Source: a virus (lineage: Duplodnaviria; Caudoviricetes). Taken from it: a stretch of DNA of 34,574 nucleotides. Shown in pieces: positions 1 through 9,200 of this stretch. The notes below the pieces were generated by a model, which was not told the DNA's origin, did not search any database, and saw only the letters and a list, made by a program, of their open reading frames with translations. How positions within the stretch are numbered: position 1 is the first letter of the stretch; each line of letters starts with the position of its first letter. The translations under genes were made by a program, and so were the position numbers. The stretch spans positions 1 through 34,574 of the IMG/VR virus record IMGVR_UViG_3300006753_000024; one strand, written 5' to 3'.

Positions 1-2
1 TA

Positions 3-593
3 GACAATGTTAATCTTATCTTAGATTCAACAGGAGCAATCAATACATATCCAAGCACAGGGGTTACTACTGAAACAACGGAAATAAAGACTAAAGATAT
101 ATTCTTTGAAAAGGGTGTTTTACGGAGGATGAAAGTAGACTACGCGCAAGATTCAAATTTAACTGTTGGAATGGTGACTGGTTATGGTGGACTTACTTCT
201 ATAGGGCAGTGGCTTAGTGTTCCTGTTGGCTCTGTTGCTGTTGATACTGTTATTGGAATAGACGATGAATATATTCTTATAGATGATATAACTTCATACC
301 CCGACGATTATGATGCTTTGCATTTGGTCAGAGGACATAATGATACTGAAGCTGCTGCTCATGCTTTTGGTGTTACTATATATATAAATGAAATACCAAA
401 TATTATTTCAAATATGACAACGATATCGGCTGGTGGGGCTGAAACAACGAATACCAATACAATCAGTTCCCCAAATCCAAATGAGTGGAGGGGTACTGCT
501 CTTCAAAACAGCAGGGGACATAGCGTTTCCTTTGGAGTAACCGGAGCAGACACAATTAAAAAACTTGTATACGACCTAAGACGAGAGGTGTAA
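3..593 (+). CDS. Virion structural protein, 5'-truncated (probable tail/stabilisation protein C-terminus)
   Basis: Frame is open from position 3 to TAA 591-593, so the ATG at 129 is probably internal. Thr/Gly/Ile-rich, lies upstream of ejection-type proteins. Confidence 0.5.
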   Translation, partial: DNVNLILDSTGAINTYPSTGVTTETTEIKTKDIFFEKGVLRRMKVDYAQDSNLTVGMVTGYGGLTSIGQWLSVPVGSVAVDTVIGIDDEYILIDDITSYPDDYDALHLVRGHNDTEAAAHAFGVTIYINEIPNIISNMTTISAGGAETTNTNTISSPNPNEWRGTALQNSRGHSVSFGVTGADTIKKLVYDLRREV

Positions 594-595
594 AG

Positions 596-2257
596 ATGCC
601 ATTTCCATTATTAGCAGCAGCAATTGGAGGAGCAGTCAAAGTCGGAGCTGCATATTTAAACAAACCCAAGAAATCAGATTATACAGCAGACACTACCTAT
701 TTGGATAAATATGTAGCAAGCTTACGCGGAAGACAGGCGGATAGAGAAGTTTATCATATGGCAATGCGCCCTCAGCTTCGCCAGATAGGAGCACAAGGTC
801 GCAGAATGCAGCGTCAGATTGGATATGATGTTGCAAAGAGCGGGCTTGAGGGATCAGGGATTGAGGCACAGCAAAGGCTTTCGGCTGGTGGAAAAGTATT
901 AGAGTCAATACAAACAGCTAGTGAAAAAGCAACTGCCCTGCAACTCCAAGAAAGCCGCCGGCTGGGCGAAGCAGTAGATCAAGCCACAATGCAGAGGGAG
1001 CAACAGATATCTGCCGCTAATAAAGCATATCAACAAGCTCAGAGCCAATGGAAAACTGGTATGTGGCAAGCTGGTCTGAGTGCTGTTGGAGGATTAGCTA
1101 TGGGTGGATTAGAGAAAATGAGTTTAGCGAAAACAGCAACAGAACAAACAGCTTTTGCTGAGGCAACGATGCCACCAACATTGTTTAAACAAATGACAGC
1201 GGAGGGAGTTACTCCAGCGGACATGTATAAGTATGCCCAAGAAAACTTTAGTGGGGAGGGGTTTAACCCGGAAATTCTAACTTCATTTGAGGCTTCTCGT
1301 GGCGGTGGTACAACGACAACAGGGGAGGCTGTCGTTAGAAAAGAACCTGTTATTGAAGAAACAGCCCTTCCAAAGACAAAAGCAGAAGGTATAAATATAA
1401 CTACAGCTGAACAGGCAAGAAAAGCAGGTCTTAAAGTCACAGAGCCAGTCCAATATAAAGATATAACTACAGCTGAACAAGCACGGGAAGCTGGATTAGA
1501 TGTTACCACAGCTGATAAGACAGACGCGGTTCAAAAAGCAGCCATAGATCAAGAACAACAGCAGAAAGCTGACGCAATAACAAGAGCTAAACAAGTTAAA
1601 CAGGAAAAACTAGAGGAAGAACTTGTGAAAAAGCAACTTGCCAAAGAAGCTAAAATAGAAAAAATAAGAAAGGATAGAGAAGAAGAAGCAAAAGCTTCAA
1701 GCGGACTAAACATAGAAGAAATGCAAGCTAAATGGAAAACAGATATAGAAACATATAAAGAGAAGGCTGCCGCTGATAAGGTTGCTGCTGAAGCAAAAGG
1801 AGCACAGGCTACTGCTAAAACGAACGTCATGTCTACTGATGACAAGAAGAAAGATGATAACAAATGGGCTAATTTGTTCAGCAAGGGTGATGTTAGTCTT
1901 GGAGATTTTAGTACAGAAGACTTAATTGAGATGTCTAAAGAGGAAGACCTACCATATTCACCCTCCTTTATACGGAGTTATATAGAACAATATCGGGCAG
2001 ACGATGACTCAGCCATTAAAAAGGCTGCTGCAGAGAAGGCTACTGCTAAAACGAACGTCATATCTACTAAAGACAAATCAGGTAAATGGAATCCCCCTAT
2101 AGAGGACATACTGGAAAAACAGGGAACTGGCTATGAAGCAGAAAAAATGTCGAATAAACTTAGTTTTGATGAGGCATTCGCTGCTGCGAGAAAGAAAGGA
2201 CTGGAGATATTCCAGTGGAGAAATAAATTGTACAGTACAGTAATTACTAAGGAATAA
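596..2257 (+). CDS. Internal virion / DNA ejection (pilot-like) protein
   Basis: 553 aa, GAGG RBS. Gly/Ala N-terminus (LLAAAIGGAVKVGAA), Gln/Ala coiled coils, Gly-rich hydrophobic patch, internal repeats ITTAEQAR(K/E)AGL x2 and ATAKTNVxST x2, C-terminal SFDEAFAAARKKG..FQWRNKLYST. Confidence 0.6.
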   Translation: MPFPLLAAAIGGAVKVGAAYLNKPKKSDYTADTTYLDKYVASLRGRQADREVYHMAMRPQLRQIGAQGRRMQRQIGYDVAKSGLEGSGIEAQQRLSAGGKVLESIQTASEKATALQLQESRRLGEAVDQATMQREQQISAANKAYQQAQSQWKTGMWQAGLSAVGGLAMGGLEKMSLAKTATEQTAFAEATMPPTLFKQMTAEGVTPADMYKYAQENFSGEGFNPEILTSFEASRGGGTTTTGEAVVRKEPVIEETALPKTKAEGINITTAEQARKAGLKVTEPVQYKDITTAEQAREAGLDVTTADKTDAVQKAAIDQEQQQKADAITRAKQVKQEKLEEELVKKQLAKEAKIEKIRKDREEEAKASSGLNIEEMQAKWKTDIETYKEKAAADKVAAEAKGAQATAKTNVMSTDDKKKDDNKWANLFSKGDVSLGDFSTEDLIEMSKEEDLPYSPSFIRSYIEQYRADDDSAIKKAAAEKATAKTNVISTKDKSGKWNPPIEDILEKQGTGYEAEKMSNKLSFDEAFAAARKKGLEIFQWRNKLYSTVITKE

Positions 2258-2260
2258 ACA

Positions 2261-3286
2261 ATGGCAGAACAAACAGCAGCACCACTTGAGGTAAAACCAC
2301 TTGAGCTTATCCCCGCTGAAGAGAGACAGGCAACAAAACCTGCAAGACCAGCTATAAATACCTCTGCGGATTACATAAGGGAATACAAAATTTTTGAAAA
2401 GAAATATAAAACCTATCAGAAGATTGAAGAAGAGGTTGGGACTACTGAGGCAAACGTGCTTTTTAAGGACGTAGAGGATGGGAAGATGTCATCGGCGCGG
2501 GCATTAAATCTGGCAAAATCCCGGGCAACCCCCTCCATGAGGCAGATGGCTAAAGATTATCATGATGGCATATCATTAGAAGATTTTTCAACAAGATATG
2601 GAGATGACTTTTTAAGTACAGCATCAGAGAAAGAGCTTACTAAGTGGTCATTTTACTATGGTAAGATTGTGAAAGATGAAGGGGACGCAGAAATTGCTGA
2701 AAGAAACAAAACGAAAGCAAAAGACAAAGAGGAAGAAGCCCAACGCAAAAAAGAAGATACTTTTACAGAAAACCGCGGTCAAGCATACTCCTTAATGGTC
2801 AAGCTTGGTGTAAAACTTAACAATCCTGTGAATAGAATAATGGATGCCACAAAACGAAAAGCGGTGCAGGATGAGTATGATAAGGCTTGGGGCTCATTAC
2901 AAACTTTTATAGATGACCCGTATGCAGGTGATTGGGAGAGCGCAATAGCACAGATATACGATGATGTTAACGCTTATGTTAACACTCTTGCTGGCTCTGC
3001 TCCAGAGGCGTTACATGATGCCATCGGTGTCTTAGACCGCGAAGCAGTAGAATATGATTTGGAGAAATATGAGAGCGGAGAAGAGGGTTATCCAAACATA
3101 GGAAAACTAAGAGACACTTATGCAAACCAGATGTTAAATCTTGTTAATGGGTTTATTCAGAGCGCACTTGCTACAGCTGACCCTCCGAATCCTGAAGCTG
3201 CTGTGAAGGAGATCAAGAGACAAACAAAAGATGGAAGAACAGCTATATTTAATGCAGATACAAAAGAATTTATAAGATATGAGTAA
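2261..3286 (+). CDS. Probable internal virion protein
   Basis: 341 aa helical, charged ORF with AAGGA RBS, between the pilot-like gene and the giant gene; stop overlaps next start (TAATG). Confidence 0.5.
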   Translation: MAEQTAAPLEVKPLELIPAEERQATKPARPAINTSADYIREYKIFEKKYKTYQKIEEEVGTTEANVLFKDVEDGKMSSARALNLAKSRATPSMRQMAKDYHDGISLEDFSTRYGDDFLSTASEKELTKWSFYYGKIVKDEGDAEIAERNKTKAKDKEEEAQRKKEDTFTENRGQAYSLMVKLGVKLNNPVNRIMDATKRKAVQDEYDKAWGSLQTFIDDPYAGDWESAIAQIYDDVNAYVNTLAGSAPEALHDAIGVLDREAVEYDLEKYESGEEGYPNIGKLRDTYANQMLNLVNGFIQSALATADPPNPEAAVKEIKRQTKDGRTAIFNADTKEFIRYE

Positions 3287-6200
3287 TGCCTGAAACCCAG
3301 CCAACATGGGAAGAGACCACAGATGTAGCACCAACATGGGATGAGACAACAGATGTCATCCCAACGTGGGATGAGACCACTGATATCTCAACCAGTCCTT
3401 TTCCAACAGAGCATCCAACTGTTGTAAATCCAGACGGATCAGTAAGCAATGTAAAAACTATAACCATGGAATCTGATGGGAAACACTATGTTCTCCCTTC
3501 AATGGTTGGTGGTAAACAGCTTTCTGACGAAGAGGCTTGGGAAGTAGCAGTAGGACAGGGGCTTGAGAAATATCCAGCATTCGATACTGCTGATGAAGCC
3601 TTAGAAGCATCTATACAGTTACACGACAAACAAGCACCCCCTCCCGTAGCAGAAGAACCAACATATCAAGACAGAGAGCTTGAAGAATTATATACAAGCT
3701 ATAACAAAGAGATTGATGAGGGGACTTTTGATCCTAAAAAATATTCAAATAGCGAACTAGAACAACTTAGACTTGAGATTTCAAAGGGCGTTGAAGCAGA
3801 AGCACCTAAGATAACATACCCAGAGTTTGAATCCAAGGTACCTCACCCGGGAGCCGCAGAGGTTCCTGATACTGAAAAAGGAATAGGAGAGTGGGGGACA
3901 AGGGAGGTGAAACGCCCCAGCAAACAAAAAGGTCGCGAAGATAAGTTCACTATTGAAAAAGAAGTTTATCCGCTTTTTGACCCAGAGGGTGCTGGTGTTG
4001 ACACATTTGTTCCAGAGGAGTTTCAGAAAGAAGAAAAGGTTTCCCCTTTAGGCTTCCGTGACTTAACCAACAAAGAGATGTCAAGATATGGCTTATCCGG
4101 GGGCTCCAGAGTGGTAACAGTAGGTAAGTCTTCTTCTTCTTATAAGACAATAGAGCGCAATCTAAATAACCTCGGGTTTGAAGTTATGCCATTAGGAGAG
4201 GGAAATCTTAAAAGGTATTTTGCAGTCCCAAGTGGTTCGAGGTTGGATTCCCGTGAACAAAGGGTATATAATGATATTGGCAAACGTCTACGGGACTTAG
4301 AGGACTCTCCCAGAACTAAAGGAGTAAGAAGCAGACTGAATGCAGCAGAGAAGAAGCTGAAAGAGGAAGGCTTCAATATGGATTTAAAGAAGGCTAAAAA
4401 GGAGGGAATTTCAAAAGCAGATGCTTTGAGATACTCTATGGTGTATGATGAATATAAAAAAGTGTTTAATGAATATAATAAAATTGCAGACGATGTCCAA
4501 AAATTTGGGAAACTGTCACAGAAAATATTAGACGAAGTAAACCAGATAAGGGATGAGGCTGGGATACGGGTAGAAGATTCTATGTTTATGGGTCAAACTA
4601 ATGAGGAGTTTATAGAAGACTGGAACACAAACCCCTTAAATAAAGACAACCAGATAGACGAAGCTGACCTAAATAAGATGAAACGTAATGAAATCACAAC
4701 AGGAAGTGTTGTGTTAGATGGTTTAATGTCTGCTTTTGCAAGTTTTGGTTCTCTCGCTAAAGTCCCCGGGATGACCGCGGAGATGCTCTATGACTTTGCA
4801 GCAATACCACAAAATAAAGCTACTGATATTCTACAAGACATGTTTGGTCTGGATATTGACATGAGAACAGACGCAACGGTCTTTAGAAAGGCTCTTAAAG
4901 AGTCTTTTGAAGCTCTGGGGACACAAGACCCATTCACATTACTTGACAATGTTGCACAAACTGGATTTGACTTACAGCAACAGTTTAACCCAACCGAAAG
5001 AATGAGAAGAAGTGGTTCATCTGCCGGAGAACTCTGGGCAATGCAAATGCTGATACTTATTCCACAGCTTGCAGAGGTTGTAGCTTTGACGTATGCAACA
5101 AGACACCCAAAGTATGCTCTTGGCGCGTTGTCTGGGCAAGTAACAGGGGCTAAGAAGATTCAGCTAGCAGGTGAAGGAGAACTATCCAATGTTGAGCAGA
5201 ACATTCTTGCTTTCGAAACTGGATTAGTTGAACTTGCCACAGAAACGCTTGGTACAGGAAAGACTCTTAAACTTATTCTTGGCAATAAAGTCGGGACTGG
5301 AGGATTTAAAGAGGGCTTTAGAAGCGTCTTTGGTATTATCCCGGGGGCTGTAAGAAGAGAAGCACTAGAGGAAGCTGGTGCTGGGATAGGAGAAGACATA
5401 GTGGACGCATGGGCAGGCAGGGCTGGAATGAACATGAGGATGTTGCCCGGTCATATGTTTGATAGGATTCCTGAGTATGCATATGAAGCTTCACTTGGCG
5501 GTGCTGCTGGTCTTTTATTAAGTGGTGGTTCAACCATTATCAATCTTCCTTTACAAAAAGAGATCGAAGCGGCAGAGGCAAAAATGAAAGCCCAGAAAGG
5601 TTTGATAATTGACCAAGCACTAAACCTTCCAAAAGCAAGTGAACTTGAAAAGATGTTCGTAGAAGCTGGGAAGGTAGAGCCTAAAATTAAAGAGGAAGCT
5701 CCACCACCTAAGAAGAAAGTTGCTAAACCCAAGCTAAAGCCCGGAGAAGCTATTCAGCTTTCTAAAAAACATAAAGATTTAACAGAAACAAAAGAACACA
5801 CTTTAAAAGCGTTAAAAACTCCAGAGCTAACCTTCCAACAAAGAGAACAGTATCAAACATCATTGCTTAAAATCGAAGAGCAATTACAGGAATTAGAGAC
5901 TCAAGCTGAGAAGAAAGGAGTCTCTCTGATTGAAAAGGACGTTACAAAAGGTCAACAGGCGATGGTTGATCTATTTACCTCGGTAGATATAGAAAAACAA
6001 CAGTCTTTTGAGCTTGTTGATGAATTTATAAGCCTTAGAGCCCGGGTAGAAGACCCTAAAGATGAGATGACAGAGGAACAGGCTCTTCGGGAGATAGCTG
6101 AGCACGGTCTTGAGGTGGACGAGCTTCCTGAAGGGCAAGACCCGCTGGAGGGATTCCTTACTACTGGTGAAAATGTAACAGATGAGGCTGGTATAGACCA

Positions 6201-9200
6201 GATTAAGATATTTCTTGGTTCTGATATACACGATGTGATCCACGAAAGGTCAGAATCTTGGTATAAGCGTCAAGTAGCTGTAGAGGGGAATTTTGAAACG
6301 CGCATAACAGAGCTGAGAGCCGATTATGAAAAGAGCACTGGTATTGTAAATGAAAAATTAGCTGACCAAGAATGGTTTGCTGACCTTGCTGCTGATTATG
6401 CAGCCGGAGCAATACCAAAGAGCAATATACATAAGACTTTATTAAAGATACTTGAAAGATTTAAGAAGTATGCTGATGCCTTATTAAGAGGCGGCAAAAG
6501 GATGAAGGCAGAGATTGCAGCTGGCAAGGTAAGTAAAGAGCTTCAGGATGCACTTAGCAGGTCAATAACAGAGCCTGTTGCTAAGATACCCAAGGTAAAG
6601 GGCAAGAAGAAGGGCTTTGCGTTAACAAAAGCACAAGGACAGGAAATAGCTGAAGTCCTCCAAAAAGCAAGGGATGAAGGAAGACTTGGTGGTATAAGGA
6701 TGAGAGATGTGATGGAAGAGATTACCCCTACCGAAGCACCACTAGACGAGACACCTATCCAAAAAGTTGATAGGCTAAGAAAAGAAGCTAATTTAGCTTT
6801 CCAAGTCAAGGAATCAATAAAAGAAGAAAAGGCACGATTTGAAGCTGAAAAGAAAGAACAGAGGAGAGTTGCCAGAAAAGAAAAGGCTGAACGCATAGCA
6901 AAGCTTAAAGAAGGCAGGAAGAAGGGCTTTGCAGTTAAGAAGGACGAAAGAAGTATTATTGATAGGTTTGTTAAGGGTGGAAACTTGATGGATATTGATA
7001 TAAATAAATATCCTTGGATAAGAGAAGCAATGGTAGCAGGGGAATGGGATTTCTTAGAGAATTTATATAAGAGGTCACAGATACCAAGGTTACGGGATGA
7101 ACAGGCAAAATTTCTTTTAGAGGTTAAAGAGGCTCAAGACTTTACAGATAATGAACGCGGAGAGGTTGGTATCTTATTTGATGAGGCAAGGGACAAAGGT
7201 CTTATTACTGAAGCAGAGGCAAGGGAAGTTGCAAGACTGATTAAAGGTAAGAAGCCATTAAAGAAATTACCTGAGATGTTCCAGCCCACATACGAAGAAA
7301 AACTGGAACAGTTGAAGGAGAAATATACTAAAATAGCAGAGTCATATCAAATTTCACATAGACCATCTAAAGAAGGATATCCACCAGCACATGATATGTG
7401 GGCAGACGAGCTTGGTGAGGGGGCAATTGCCCCAAAAGATGTATTGGATATGCCGCGTTATTATATAGGTTCTCATCCAGAAGTTAACCCAAAGGTATAT
7501 AATGAAACTTTAGAGGCAGTAAAATACATTAAAAGTATTCAAGGGAACCCAGACGCTGATATAACGGTGTATCGTACATCCCCAGTAGACGAATTAAATG
7601 ATGGTGACTGGGTGTCTTTATCTAAGGAATATGCGAGGGAAGAAGGTGTGCACCCCACTGATGAATCAAAAGATTTAGATGTATATGAGCATAGGGTTAA
7701 AGCAAAAGATATTCGTTGGGCTGGAGACGCGCTGGAGGAGTGGGGATTTTTCCCAGAAAAGCCTAAGAAGTCCTTTGCAATTAAAAGAATTGATACCCCA
7801 GAGTTTAAAAAGTGGTTTAAGAAATCTAAGGTGGTTGATGAGAAGGGTGAACCTATGGTGGTCTATCATGGGACAAATGCTGCTGATATTGTTGATTTAG
7901 GTGAGGATAAAGTTCCACAAAGAGTCCCCGTTGATTTTGAGGCTTTTGAAAAGGGAGACATAGGTTTCCATTTTGGAACAATAGAGCAGGCTAATAAAAG
8001 GACAAGTTCTTCTATCCCCTCTTTTCAGGAGATGGTTTACCTTGGTGCAAAACAGGGCGAATGGGCGGGTGACCCACAATTTGTAGGAAGAAGGGTTATG
8101 CCTGTATATCTTAGTATTCAAAATCCTTTAAGAATGGAAGACCCCATGATAGGTGGTGATTGGAAAAATGCTACAGCACTTATGGAACAATTAAAAAAGT
8201 TAGGGTTTAAGAATGTGCCAACTGGGATGTATACAGGTATGCATAAAAAACATCCTTCTCAACCTCTGTATTCATCCAAACGACATCTTAAAGATATTAA
8301 AAACTATATCATAAAACAAGGCTATGATGGTATTGTATATGCAAATAAATATGAATCACCCCTGAGAGATAAAGAAGGTAAGATTACAACCTCTTACGAG
8401 AAGGGCACAATAGATGTCCAAGATTCATACATTGCCTTTGAACCCACCCAAATAAAGTCAGTCTATAATGTGGGAGCTTTTGACCCGACTGATAAGCGCA
8501 TATCCTTTGCAGTTAAAAAGATTACAACCTTAGAAGCCACAAAGATTTTATCAAAGGAGTTTCGTGGAAAACGTAGAAAAATGAAAACTTCTACACCAGC
8601 ACAGCTTTCAAGGTATGAGGATGCCATAATGGAATATGGAAGATATCTATTTACACATCCTAAGTTTACCGAACAAGATTTCGCAAAAGCAGCTACTTGG
8701 TGGGGTGATGACGTATTTGCTGTTAAACAAAGGCTTCAGGTGGAGCTTCCCACTCTTATGGATGCCAATGATTCTGCTATGTTTGATATATTTCTTGCTT
8801 TTACGTCCCAAGGGTCAAAGCTTGACGGAAATCTTGATGGAGCAGTGTACTTAATGCAGGAATTTAAAGCAAACCAAGCTGAAGGTAGGAATGACTTTCC
8901 CTATTACAAGCCAAAGGTTTTTGTTAAAGACACAAAGAAGACATTCCCGAAGCACCCAGAAGGAGGGGTTCTCCGACCTTTAGACATTGACCATCAGGGG
9001 GGAGTTAAATATCAACTTGAAAAGCTGAAAAGATTACTTGATTACTTTAATTGGGATGCTAAGGCAGTAAAAGGCTGGCTTATGCAGGAAACAACGGTAG
9101 GGGAACTTAGAAAGTTTATATATGAGCTTGGATATAGTAAGACTCAGGCTGAAAGTTGGTCAAAGGACATTACAGGCTCGTCAAGGATGACAAACAGCAC

